64,000 bases of DNA from Gordius albopunctatus (taxonomy: Eukaryota). Shown piece after piece: positions 1 through 15,000 of this stretch. Location: positions 18,104,001-18,168,000 of the forward strand of contig OZ193909.1 of NCBI GenBank assembly GCA_964276515.1. Reading direction: 5' to 3'. The notes beneath the pieces are model-generated. The model saw nothing but the letters and a program-made list of their open reading frames with translations. It did no database searches and was not told the origin of the DNA. Every line of letters begins with the position of its first letter. The stretch's first letter is position 1. Made by a program: the position numbers and the translations under genes.

Positions 1-70
1 TATGATATGTGTTAGATTTTTTGGTAAAAATGCGCTGAAATATTTGCAATTTTTTACGTAATTTATGTAG

Positions 71-3000
71 GGAAGGTTGCATTAAACCGGGTGATAGACT
101 TATTCTCATTGATAATATCAATATAACCAACGCTACACTTACCGAAACCCTGAGTCTCATAAATCATTGCGCCGAAGAGGCCATCTTTACTATTGAATAT
201 GATACCATTTATTATGGTAAGATTAACATAAAATCACCTAGATTTTTATACTATAATATTAAATATTTATAATTTATTTTTAATATTATTTGCTATTTTT
301 GTAATATGTTACGTTTAGAAGCTTTAAAAATAGGCATATTATTAATGTTAGATAAAGTTTTTACACTTTGATTCAATAGACATTTATTTACAATTGTGAT
401 GATAAATATATTTTATAGAAAACAAAAGTTGAAATTTTATACTGAAACTTGACAGATAAGCTTCAGAATTCTAAGCCGTTCCTGTTGGAGATTGAGAAAC
501 CTGCTGGTCTTTCATTGGGAATTTCAATGTTCGTTCACAGGCACGGATCTAAATCTTATATCTGTATTAGCGGAATCAAACCTGCTAGTATAGCCGATAG
601 GTATTATTCCAATCTTAAATTAAACATTTTAAAAACAAATATATTTTATTCCACAATTTTTATACACAATTTAGAAATAGCAGTAAAATATTTTTATCAT
701 GGCGCGTTACAGCTTTATGATTGATTTGATTTTTCTATACTTTAACATAGGCACTTAATGAAGTTAAATAATTAGTTAATGTTTTTAGAATTTATCATAA
801 AATCCCTAGATCATTTGCGAATTTAGCCTAAAAGGTTGCGAATTAATGTATTACTGACCCATTTCCCAATTAATCACCTATATATGTCAAAGTTAATTTC
901 GTGATATTTTAAGTTTATAATGTATTATGGACTAAAGGTTACTAAAATTCTTAATCATAATTTAATGTTTTAATTTATGAGTTAATATTGCAACAAAAAG
1001 TAGAATTCGATTAAGATATTTCAGGCATATAATTTTATATTTTCTCACTTGTTTGTTTCTATCAAAGGTGTGGGGCCCTGAAAGCGAATGATGCCATTTT
1101 AGCGATTGACGATATGAGTACCAATAGTATGACAGTGCCAGAAGCTAGTCGACTCCTGAAATACAATGCGGGAAAAGAAGATAACGTTATAAGGTTGGAA
1201 ATTTTGAAAAATTTCTCCACTTTTTGCAATTCCGATCTTCACATATGGTCTAATGCGGCCAGTGGAAATAGTTCCAAAGAGGATGATCATCCCTACAATA
1301 ATGACAGAGGGGCTATGATAATTGAAAAATGTAAGTAAACTTGCTAACATAAATCCTAGTTATTAAAAATTATGATAATTTTTATTTTTTCGATATTTGC
1401 AATAAATTCTAAATTAAACATATAAAAAGTGTAAGGTAGCCTTATAACTGCTAAGATCAAAGTTAAAATTAAAATTTACTAGGTTTTAGCTACCGAAATA
1501 AATGAATTTATAGCAAAAATATAAATAAATATAATATATAAATTTTGCTATATAATGATTTTTTATGAAAGTAACCATATTTTGCTAATGAGAAATTTTA
1601 AGCGAATACACCTTTTTATATAAGTTCAATCAAAGTTGCCATTATTTATCTGAAACCTTTGAAATTATATTTCTTGTTTTCTATAAACATTTATAAAAAT
1701 TATATGAATATATAAGATAAGAGCTATTTTTTGGGAGATGTCTTAAAATATATTGCATAATGCGAAGCAATTAAAATTACGAATCATGGCTCAAAAAAAA
1801 AAAATATATATTATAACTAATTTGTAATTTTTTTCCTATTTAGCTTCTTCATTGGGCTCTGAAAAAACTGAGAGCAGTCTAGGAAGCCTGCCTTGTTTTA
1901 AATATTCATCCAAGGTCCCTCCCATGATTCGAAATCATAAAAAACGTATGGGCAATGGTAAAACTTGCGATTCTGAAAGTAAATTTATTCCCCAAAATTT
2001 ATTTTTGCCAAATTTTATATTTTAATTTAATTTTTGAATTTTTTAGCATCTTATTCCTCATTATCTACGCTATTAGTTCCTTCATACCAAGTTTGTCATT
2101 CTGAAACGACGGAGGTGCTTCTGGAAATGGGTTCACATGGGTTGGGATTAGCTCTGCAAGTAATTAAAAGCAAAATCTAGTTATATACTAAATAAATTGT
2201 ATAAATTTTTAAATTATAAATACAGTTTGTTTATTATATTAAAATTAGATTTTTAAACCCTTTTTAATGATGTTTTATAAATTTATAAATATTTTTTATT
2301 TTTCTAAATTTTAAATGGATTATTATAGAATACCAGTGCCAGAGTTCCATCCTTTTACACCTTTATAAGCGGGATTGAATCGGAAAGCGTCGCAGAAAAG
2401 TAAGTATTATCATTTAATACATATACATTTGTTACTTAATTCATATTCAAAAGATGTTTTAAATTATGATGGGATCGGCATTAGTTAGTTAGCGAAACAA
2501 AACAACTCACGTTCTTAAATTGCAGTTAAAATGACCAATTTTTTTAAATTTTGCTAAAATTTTACAAACTAAAATTATTGGTTAAAAAGTCTAAATTTAA
2601 AAAAGTAAATTTGAGTAGTTAGGAATTAGGATAAAAATAAAGACATATTCTCCTACAATCAATATAACGAACTGGCTGTTTGTTATTCAAAATCTTTGTC
2701 AATAAATACTTATTTATGCCATGCTACCCAAGGAGAGGTATGAAAGGGCCCCTCAAAAAGTTTTTGATTTTTTTTTATTCCGCCCATCCCTAAGGTATTT
2801 TTTAAATTATTTCCCACTTCTCTAAATCCTAAATTTTGCCCCTTTTCCCTATAAATTAAATTTATCATAGGAGTGGAGTTATTCAAGTGGGTGATAGGAT
2901 ACTTTCGGTCAACGGAGAATCAGCTGTTAGTGTGCCTGCCCAGCGTGTCGTAGAAATGATTACAAAATCAGCTTTAAGCCCAAATACCGACCCGGCCCTA

Positions 3001-6000
3001 CGATTGTGTACACTTAAAATTGAATTTGATGTGGCTGAATCTATAGTTGCGACCTCGGGAGTTTTTCTCATACAAATCGCTAAAAAAGGATCACCAGATT
3101 TAGGCCTATCACTTATGGGTCAGTTTATTTGTATAACGTTTGATAATTCAAATTTTTAAGACAAAATTTTAAAAAATTGATAAATTTATTAATAAAACAC
3201 TTTTACGAAATAACCATTTTAATTTTATTTGACAATTAATATTCACTGAGAAATTTGTTCAGAGCAATATTATGTTTTTAGAGTGTTTTCCAAAGTTTCA
3301 AAATTTTTAGATAAATGAGGCTAAAGGTGTAAATGGGTCATTTTTACGTTTTATAAAGGCGAATTCACACTCTATTTTATTTTTTTTAAAAAAGATGGTC
3401 TATTCTGTAAGTGAATAAAAATTTAAAATACTTGAAAATTTAACATTTTTTAATCGTCTATTTTAGCCCCTAAAAAGAGGAAACTCGGGGAGCCTTTAAT
3501 TATATCTCACGTCCGGAAAGGCAGTCCAGCTTACAGGTTAATAAATAGAAAATTATATTATTTTAAACCTTTTAAGTCGTTTTTTATAATTAATAATAAT
3601 AATTCAATTTTTAAAATTATTTCTGTTTTGCATTATGGGCAAATTTAGATTGGGCACAATACAGCCGGGAGATAAGTTTTTAGCTGTCGACAATATCAGT
3701 GTTTTGTATCATACGCTGCAAGAAGCAGTTGATATTCTAAGGACATGCAGTGACCTTATCAAGTTGAAGATCCAAAAAGATGATACATTTTCAGGTAAAT
3801 ATTTTAATTTACTAATTTTTATTAAAATAATTTTTAAAAATAGCTAAAATTTAAAAATCTCGTAATATCTTCAATTCAACAAAGCTTTTTTGGATCGATG
3901 TGTAAATTGTATTAGCTTTTCACTTTTTTATAATTATTATACGACTTTTTCTCCTAGTTTGTATTTTATCTACTCGCACATGTGTTGTGTTGAATATTAT
4001 TAGATCAACTTTGCTTGAGTTAATAATAGTAGGCATGATGGACGTACTTAGCCATGCGGCTACTTTCCTCTAAATCCATAAACTCTTTAAAATTTCATAT
4101 AATTATAGCTAAAGTTTCAAAAAATTGTCATTTTGCCCTTCCCTTAATCATAATTGCCCCCCCCCAGTTCCAATCCTGGCTATGGCCATCATGTTATTAG
4201 CTATAATTTTAAGTTTGTTTGAAGATAGGAGTTAAACCCGTTAGTACAAAATCGTTTTAATATTTAATATAATAAATATATTATTCTCTTTTACATCATT
4301 TATACTTGTGGTCAAAAAGTTTGCATTTAGGTGTTAAAATAAGCCACTTCTCCTAAATTTTAAAATTTTTAATGGCTTTATAAATAATAACTATTATAAT
4401 GAGCCATTTAAAATGCTTTGTTAAAGTGGAAAAAACAACTTAAAATATTTAAATTCAAATGGATATATATTTAAGCAACTAGCACTTATTTTTTTGTATA
4501 TTCAAAACTAAAATAATATATATATGAATTCTATTAGTAAAAACAGCTAGGATAAGAGTTAGATTAAATAAAAAAATTTGCCCTTATAATTTTAGAAAGC
4601 TGATAAGATTATTATTTATAATAGTGTCTCAACAACACAAATGGACTATATTTAAATAAAATTAGCGAATAATTTTTAAGCAATATTTTAGATGATTTAT
4701 TAAATTTAAGATGATATATATCCTTTTTAAAAACTTAATTAAACCAAATATTAATAAATAAATACAACTTTAAGCTCTCACCATTTCAAAATAGATTAAA
4801 ATGTATAATTCAAACATTATAAGCAAGCATGGACGTAGCGAGCATTGGAACTAGATGGGGGCAAAAGGATTATTTTTTGAAATAGTAGACATAATTTTAA
4901 TGAACAACCAATTTTTGGATATTCTATTTTTGCAAATACATATGAAATCCCCACCAACTAAATAATAAATGAATTTTTTATTTAAAAAGTCACCGAGGCG
5001 AGAGGCCAGTTTAGTAACTAAACGTTATTTTGTAAACTACACACAGATGAGTACGATACCTTGACGAACAGCGTTGTCTACTCTGTCGAAGTTTGCAAGA
5101 ATGGGGGACCTTTGGGATTAACTCTTTCAGGCTCTCAACAACCGTTTGACAATCCCATCAAAATTTCGGCTATCAGTCCCGGGGGAATCATCGATAAGTA
5201 AGTCCTTTGGCATCGATCAAAATCATATCACTCTTATATATTGTTTGTTTGAAACTACACTTAAACCTAGCACAACACCAGACACCAGTTATAACTGTGT
5301 TATCCATCAGCTTAGCCATGGGGAGGCAAGGAGGTGCGGTTGCCCCCCCCTCTTAATCCAATTTTGTTTAAAATTTATTGAAAGTATGGGGCTAAAATTT
5401 CAAAAAATTATAGGGTTTCGCCCCCCCCCCCTCTGATTCCTCTGCCCGCTACGCTCCCGATGATATCTGGAAAATTTTATGAAACGCGACCTAGAGCCAT
5501 GGGATTAGCTAAGAGATGGCAAATCGTAGTGTTGTAAAAACGGGTAGGTTTGTTTAGTCAGCCTTGCAGACCAAAGATTTTTTGGTTTCCTTTTCTTAGT
5601 GGAGCACTAGGCTAGTCCAAATTTGGCTCGATCCTACCTCATTATAAAAATTTGGGTTACGTTTTTGCTTAATTTTTGATAGAGATGTGAGCCGTTACTT
5701 ATAGTAACCCCTAATTTGGGACGTTTAATAGCACAATATATTCAATTAAAGCAAATTTTTTCCTTGACGATTAAGTCATAACAAAAAAAATTTACATCAA
5801 ATTCTTGGGTCGGGATGTGTATATAAGATTGAACTGAATGCCTCGTTATGGATTATGAGTAAAATTAATTAATAAAATTTTTGGATTTTAAATGGTAAAT
5901 GGAACTAGATTAAATGGAATTTTAAATAGTATACATCTTGGGGAGCAAATGGCCTGTAGACCAATTGTGTCTTTTGGCATTATTGTTTGAAATTAGGGAC

Positions 6001-9000
6001 TCTAAAAGATGGAATCATTAAGAAACACTCGACTTTGAAACAAAATCTAGGTGGGCTACCTTAAAACATGTTAATATAAACTAAATTCTTTTATACGAAA
6101 TTCAACCGAGGTTTACTTAATGTAGCACTTAAGTAAATAAACTATGCGTAAATAAATCACGAAAAATTTGTTTATACCGTCAAACTTTTTATCATTTTAA
6201 ATTATTATTAAATTGTATATTAGTATTAAGTATTATTTTATTTTTGTAAGAATTTATATTTATTATATAAATAGTTAAAAATAATAGAAATAAATGTTTT
6301 ATCATTTAGTGTCAATCGACACGTAGAACTATTACTGCCATTTCGTATAGCCTTTTTAAATTTAATAGCCTTAAACTGTTTGATAAATGACCGAAACCAT
6401 ATATATATCATTATTTATTGCCAATAACACCACAACAGTAGTTTATATATAACGAATAAATACTTTTCTTCGAAATTAAAACATATCAAGATAGTTAGAT
6501 AATGTAAAATGAAGAGACGAACAAAAAATTTTAACGATTATTTATGACATTTTGATGATTTTTCTAGACTATTATTAAAACTAGCTCTTAAAATTTATGC
6601 TTTTAATTTTTGTAGGTTGCATTAAATAGACAAGACTTGAAATTGATTTAAAATGTCGATTATTGAATTAATCTTAATTATTTACTCTAAAACATAAATT
6701 GTTAATCATAACGTAAAATAAATGTTATGGAAAATGAGATTTTATCAAATGGTTTATCAGCGACCTGTTATCAAAATTTTGGCAGCCTAATACTATTTGT
6801 AATATATTTGGCAGCAATATTTTTAACTTTTTTAACCCGAACAAACAAGATTAAAATTACATTCGCCTTTAGAAATCTCTGCATTAATTTTTAATTATTG
6901 TTAGATCTTGCTATTGCCCAAGACTTACGCTAAATAACAATCAATTTAAATTATCAAATTTTCAGTTTAAGATCTCATAAAAAAATTGAATAATTGCCTA
7001 GAAATTGTAATAGAAAATGGGTTTTTGTAGTTTATACTAGTTATTAAGTTATTAAGAAATTGGGTGTAGCTAGAGGGTGACAAGACGGGCCGCTACCCCC
7101 TCTAAATCCAGGAATCCTTTGAAATTTCATAAAATAATGGCTAAAATTTCAAAAAATTATCATTTTTCCTCTCTCTAAATCATGATTGTCCCCCTCTTCT
7201 TAACCTCGCCACGCCCGGGTATAGATCAATATATTATTTAAACCCGCAATTATTTTGCCCTAAGTGTTTAATGGTGTATATATAGTGTGACAACATAACA
7301 TACATGTAATTAATATTTTTTTGTAAAGCAAATCTAGATGTGGTTTGATACAAGTAAATATTTGGCTTAATTTGTGAATTAAATTTGCGGGTCGCGGCGT
7401 GCTAAGGTAAACATATTTTATTTTAAAGATTTTAAGATTATAAAAATTACTCGTATATTATTGCATATTTCAATAATTATAAAACCTATGCAATAATTAA
7501 TTGTAATTTAAAAAATTAATTTGCATACAAATGCCTTTAAAATAATTTACTTAATTAAGAAGCTGCTGGCCTCTAAAAATATATCAATTTGAAATTTAAG
7601 AGCACATTTCAACTCAGAGGGGACAGGGATGTCCCAAAATTGAAAATCTGCCCAAAATATTTTAGTTTTAACAAATATCACTTTCAAAACTTTAGAATTT
7701 TAAGTTCCTAAAAGTCCTTTTACTCTGCTTATAACCTTTTAGTACACCATTATCAGGCAAATTAAATCAAAAATTTTTGTGGTTTAGTTTTTTCTCCGGC
7801 TAATTATATTAAGATTGTACTATTAACTATAAGTCAGGTGAGGATATAATATTTAGGTGTGGAGCCAGAAGGTCACCATAATATAAGATGTGAGATCGAT
7901 TGTCAATTGGCACAATTGTGATTGCAAAATCACTGAGCGGAAATAATTCAATTTTTATTTTGTCACACGCACCAACTAAAAACCCCTCTGCAGATTTGTG
8001 ACCATAATTATGGTAGATGAGCCATTATGGCAGAACATGACCAATTTAAAGTTTTCCCAATCAAACACCTTAAAAAATTTATTATTATTTACATTATGAA
8101 ACGAATTTAAAGATTGATGAAATTTTACAATGGATTCCGAATTGTGTAGCAATTTTTTGTAATTTAATTAAGAAATTTTTTTGTGTCTTCTAACACGCTG
8201 TTTGATTAAAATTTAGACATTTACACGGTTACTTTTAAAGTCTGTGATTTTAAATGATTTTACCAAAAACATGTGTAGAAATTGGAAATATCATATTTAA
8301 TTTAAGCCTCAACTTTAACAAAAAACTCTTGATAGACAGATTTAATTTAAATTTAATGACAAATAAACAGAAACATCTTATCTCATTCTTAACATCGATG
8401 TAAAGTGTAATATGGTTTATGAAACTTACTACCGAAAAAATAATTACCAAAATTTTGGGGAAGGGTGGCTGCCCCTCTAAATTCAAAAAACTTTTAAATT
8501 TAATATAAATATAGCTGAAATTTCAAGAAAATTATCATTTTGCCCCTCACCTAAATTATTATTGCCCCATATAATTAAATTAAAATTTATTACGACTAGT
8601 CTGCAGAAAACGTTTATCTATTAATTGCTATGCAATTTATTTTTATTAAAATGCAAACTTATCAATTGGCAATCAAATGAAATTTTTGTTGCTATACTAA
8701 CCACTTTATGTAATTTTTTTAATATATATAGGGAAAATTTAGTTTAAAATTATTTTTTTTCATTTTTAACTTTGTATATAATTCTAAATTCTGATTTTAA
8801 ATGTGCAAAAATATTGATTAGGACCGGAGCGATCCACGTTGATGATAAGTTATTGGCGATTAATGGGGAAAGTTTGCGCGGAAAATCTCTGAATGAAGCC
8901 CTTGCAATGCTAGAGTCGGGGGGCGATAGCGTAATTTTAAAAATTAGCAAAAGCAGACCCCTCAATACAGGTATATTTATTAAATTCAATTATAATTCAT

Positions 9001-12000
9001 AAAATAAAACGTTAATAACGTTAAATTTTTGAATAAATATAACAACATACTTATCCAATAATGTTTATATATTATATGAATCCTGGATCTGGAGCACATT
9101 GATATGAGTAAAAATTTTTTAAAAATCGGTGATTTACATTTAAATTGGAAGATTGAATTTAATTGAAAATTGTGGTAATGGACAAAAGGACTATGGACAC
9201 TAAGAACACTACAAAATATGTATGCTTAATTCTGTTAAACTGGAGATTATTTCTTAATTAATAAGTCAAGGCTTATACAATAGCAGTTTTATATATATTT
9301 AAATGAGACATTGTATTAAATTAAGAGAGACGGTGCTTATTAAATATTTATTTATGAACATGGGTTAACATTTGCAAAAACTTTAACAAGTAGAAATAAA
9401 TTTGCCAAAATCATTAAAGAAAAGTTTTATAAATTTATTCCAATCGGATTTTTGAAATTTATCGATAATTTTGTCAAAATCTGGAATAATAAGGATTCAT
9501 ATATATAATTTATGATAAAGCATTCGTCCTTTATTACGCTCACCACACATCATGCATCCGCTTTTTAATGTCTTCATTACCAAATAAATTAAATTACTGT
9601 AACCCGATCACAACACAACACTGGACAGAATCTGACTCCAGCATAAAATTCACATTTTAATTCGCGGCTATTACTTTCACAAATTATTATTATTATATCT
9701 TACTTTGTTATTGTTAAGCTCTAATATTTATAAAAATTTTGACAAAATAATTATTTAGCCTAATAAAAGACTAGATTAGTGTTTTTATTTACACAATTTT
9801 TTCCCCAAACTAATTTTTGAGTGGCAGTTTAAAAAATCCATAATATAAATCAATAATCATTAGGTCTAATGAAGTATTTGAGAAATTGGAACTTTTTGAA
9901 GTAGCCCCTATTTTTGGCCCCATCAATAGATGAGCTAATAATCCGGTGGTAGCATCATAAGCTATTAATGATTGGTATTCCCAACTTGCAAAATAAATTT
10001 ATGATATTTATTACGGTTTAACCTTTTTAATTGATTGGAAAATGGATGAATTTTTTTTATTTGAAAAGCAGTGCTTGTCTCTTTAAGAAACAGGAGCTTT
10101 TAAGGAAGTCATAAATGGCTAAAAGGTAATATGATGGCCACTTAGTAAAACTTTATCACAGGCTCCTACTGATTTTTTAAGCTTCAAATTCGCTACATAC
10201 GATATTTGCGCAGGCAAGCAATATTAAAAGTTTTGTGAATTTAATATTTCCCTAAACAAACCCGATGGGATTATTATCTAAACTATATTGTTCTTACCAA
10301 AACATAAAAAAATTTAAAAATTAAAATCAAGCTTTTGTTTTATAAGAAACCATATTGTTTAACCTATAATTTGTATAGCGTAATAGCAAAAAATAAGCAT
10401 ATTATCTATTGACCATACATTAAAAATTACTATTTATTCTCTAGATTAGAGACCTAAAACGGGTTTATTTTAAAAATTAACAAACATATTTAATATTAAA
10501 AAATATAAGCAAAATAAAAATTCTTGTTTTACCGATTTATTTTTCGAACAGAGTGATATATTAAAAGTTTCAAAGGTTGTATTAGTAATTTGTAAATAGC
10601 TTCAAAAGTTTGATCAGACACCTTGCTAATCCTCTTAAATTTTAAAAATTGATGTATTTAGTTGTTTGTAGATCAAAAGGAATTAAGATTTTTTTAGATT
10701 GGTTTAAAACCGTTAATTAAATTAATCCCTTATTTAGGCTGGGGAAAAAATGTTTTTGTGGATACTTAACAACTTATATATTTTGATATTTTTTTAAAAT
10801 TTAATTCCTTAATATTTTATAAATTTAAGAAATTCAGTTAATATAATATTTCTATCGTATTTTATCAAGTTTAACATGTTAAATTTATTTTCTAAATAAT
10901 TTTATCTTTAATTGATTTTTATAGTTTCTCGTAAAATGTTGGATAATATCGGGAAAAATAACTTCTCCTAATACATAACAACTATAAGCCGATAAGTTGT
11001 TTATACGCGTCTTGCAATGTTTTCTTATCATCTCAAAAACATCGATATTTCTAATATTATTTACCCATTATGACCCCCCCCCCCCCCCTTAATCCATTCT
11101 TTTATCCAATGCCAAATATTTTTTTAGATTTTTAATTAAAAATTTTGCAGTTTCTTGTATAAATATTTATAAATTAACCCAAATCATCTACTAGCTGTTT
11201 GGAAGTGTGGAAGGTAACTATATGAAAAATTCAAAATATTATAATATTTTTTGTGTTGTCTTTAAACATTTGCTTTCATGTAATATACCATTTTTTATTT
11301 CTTTTTCCCTCTATAATTTTTCTATAAATACGAAATAGAAAAATTGCATTATTTATAATAATAATAATAATAATTATGATCATACGTGTGGGGTATGACG
11401 TTAATGTCTTTAGAAAAATTAATAACTCAGGGTCAATCTTCAGCGTCATAATCCAACTCCATAAATATTTAAATCTCTATTTTCAAAAAATTCAGCACTT
11501 AAAGCTAATTTTGCCTATACTTTGAGATACATTACATGATTATGAATTATTTAATCCATAATCTTTAACTTTTGGTTTTAAACATTTTTTGACAAATCAA
11601 AGTTGGATTTTATAATGTATTTTCTAATCCCTTTATCACCCTACTTGCTTTATAAGTTTACAAAGCAATTTAGAGAAACGAATTTATTCTGTTGTATTTC
11701 AAGGTTGTCTGATATCAAAACTATTCAAAAGTTAAGACACCTTATATTTATGGGCGGGACGTAGCCAGGGGGTCGTAGAGAGGGCCACCTGCCCCCATCT
11801 AAATCTAGAAACTCTTTAATTTTATATAATTATGGCTGAAATTTCAAAAAATTATCGTTTTCCTTCTCCCTAAATCATTTTTGCCCCACTCTAATTCAAA
11901 TCCTGCCTACACCCATGCCGATATCTATAAATTTGATCAGCAAAAAATCTTAAATTAATATAATTTCTCTATAAATCTAAAGGCTATTTAATTTGTATTG

Positions 12001-15000
12001 TGATAAAGGTTATACCAACAACCCCATTTCAACAATCCATGATTGAATATTAATTACAAGCTCATAGATTTCGGAACCAATCTATGTGCCTGCTTTGAGA
12101 TTAATGAATTTTTTAATTTCCCATATCTATAAAAAATACTCTAATTTGTTGAAAGTTTTAAAATTTTTTGATTGATCCATGCAAAAATTGCTAGTTCTTA
12201 TGCCATTAAAATAATTTACAAAAATTAAAAATTCATTTTGAAATAGATAGGAAGCTTGACTAATGTAACCATTTTGTCCCTTTAATTTATGGAATTTGTT
12301 TATTTTTATAAAAAATCTTAAAAATTTCTTACCATAAATTATATTAATTTAATTTTTAAAAATTATTGTTAGATACGCTTTAAAGGTAGAAATTAAATTA
12401 AAAAAACTATTTATATATAATTTAAAATTGACTGCAAGATATTTTCCTATTTATGTTTTTGATTTTTTTTCCAATTTTCTCCTCGGCTCATTACTTATAA
12501 TGTTTTCACGAGTCTATTTATCATCCTTTTTTGCCAAAAATAAAAGCATTCATTTATTTATATTCAGTAAAAGTAGGCAATCGGGTTAAATCTTTTTCGA
12601 TGCAGTTAAATGACACCAACTCATTTATCTTGCATTTTTGTTATAAATTGTAACTCGATTTAAAGCCGTAAAATGCATCTATTATCGCGACATCTGTTTC
12701 TAACTTCGACACTTCATTAACTATCTTTCCCCCCCCCCCTAAATAATTATGCCCCATTAATGTCTCTTTATACCACCGAGAAAAAGTTAATTAATAATAA
12801 GGAAAAGGTTTTGCAAAAAAATACTATTAATTTAAGCGTATAATCATCATCATCACCATCAAAAAGTAACTTAAAAAAACTTTTAGTTCTCTAACTGTAA
12901 TCCGAGATCAAAAACAGCTGCTAAAAGAATTGAAGGGAAATTTTATTTGGGCCCGCTTCAAGAAATACCTTCTTGGCGTTTTTATGCTTTGTTTTCCTCG
13001 ATTTAACAATGGATTGATTTCCTTGTTGTACAGAGAGATTAGTATGATCATAATGATTTATTGATTTTGGCATAATTAACACTGGGATATTTTAAGAAAT
13101 TTAACAATTTAATTACATTAAAAAAATATACGTTACAATTTGATTTTATTGAGCTTAACCCCAAATTAAGTTTAAATTATAACATAGGCAGAGCCAAGGG
13201 GTGGCGGGATCCTAGAAATTTAAAATAATTATGGATTTAATTTCAAAAAACTAGCTACCTCCATAAATTGTAATTAGAGTATAAAATCGTTTCATCAAGT
13301 TAGTTACATCTTGCATGTTTGAGGGCTAAAATAGAATAGTATTTATCTTTCAAGACAAAATAGCTTAAAACTTAATTTAAAATTTGGTAAAAAATAATCG
13401 AGCTTATTAGGATATTAAACTTAAATTATTGTAAAAATGAGTTGGAGGTAAGCCTGTAGCATAACTTCATCAAGAATGTAGCTTTGAAATTATTTATAAA
13501 CCACACCTTTTTGATATTACTTATGGAATTTTTAACTTTTTTTTGTTTTGTCAACTCTTGTAAAACTTGGTTGCAATAGTATTAATAATTTCATTAATTT
13601 TATGTTGATCCCCTTTCCCTTTAATAAAGACATTTTCATTTCGCTAGCTTTTAAGTTTTTATTTCATCCCACTTAGTTCATGCATTAATTAGGTTAAGTA
13701 ATAATTATTTATATTATAGCTGTGTTATGTTTTTCCAAAATCCTTTGATGCTAAATAAAAGTTAAGCTTAATGATCAAAGGAATCAAAAAAAATAATATC
13801 TCAAAAAATACATTCTGTTGCTTCTTTAATGAGTATGTCCTTTATAACTTGAGCTAAAATCTATTTTTAGGGAAAAGAATGAAGATATCTTAATGATAAA
13901 ATTGATTAAAATGAAATGAATACATAAATCGAATTTGCTTCAAGAAAAAACACTTTTAACTCCTAAGTTTTGTGATAATATTATTCCAAATATTTGAATC
14001 ATCAATATATAAATTGTCAGATGAATAAATAAAATTAACACAATTGCCCATGTTTATTTCATTTAAAGTATCTTATTCAACGTTTGAACTTAACGCGAGT
14101 TAATAGTTAATTTTAATGACAAAACCAGTTAAGATTTCGCGTTAAATAAGATTTAATATTTGGAGAAACTGTATTATTCGCTTTTTTATTTCACCACTAA
14201 TTTCAAAAAAATTAATTTAATGACGTTTTCTGAATTATATGCTTTTTAACTTAAAACCAAGAAAAGATTTAATTTATTTGAAGTATTTATAAAGGTTTTC
14301 ATTTAAATAATATCCTAAGTTATATATTGGGCAGATACAATCTTAAGGCACTCTTTTATTAGCCAAAACAAATTTTTTTATTCGTGACGTTATGTGATCC
14401 CCTAATCAACATAATTAAACCCTAAATTTTTTAAATCTTGCAATGCAAAAAGATACAGTTTTAATTACAATTCATTTTGCTCCCCCTTTTACCAGGATGA
14501 CGGAATAATTCTAAAACGTATATATATTTTACCATAATCTTCATGTTTTTGTGCCCTTCGAAAACAAACTCTTTCCCAATAAATTCTACCAATTTTAATG
14601 TGACTAATAGGATTAAATATCCTATGACAAATGCCTGTTCCCACTCACGAAATCGTTTCTTTTCGATTGTTGTAGACATCATAACAATAATCTGCAATTA
14701 ATGACTGCGAAAAGGCATCATATAAATTGATGGCTAATCTTGTGTCGACCGACCCTCTTGTGTATGACAAATCTTCTAGCAACCGAAATAGGTGTAGATA
14801 GATATCTCTGTGAGTTAATCTAATCGTATCTCAGTTATCTTTATATCTTCCTTTATATCCCAATCCATTTTTTCCTTCATATCGTAGTGCAAAAAATGAC
14901 CAAATGACCAAAATTTTAACGGGCCTTTGCTTGTAAAAAGCACCACGGGACTGGGCAACGCTGTATATTGATGACCACTAGCCCACCCTTACCAACATTA

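Noticed and set aside
5146..5436. 96-aa ORF
   Set aside because: Out of frame with the real GRIP exon 5047-5197 and runs into a MITE-like repeat.
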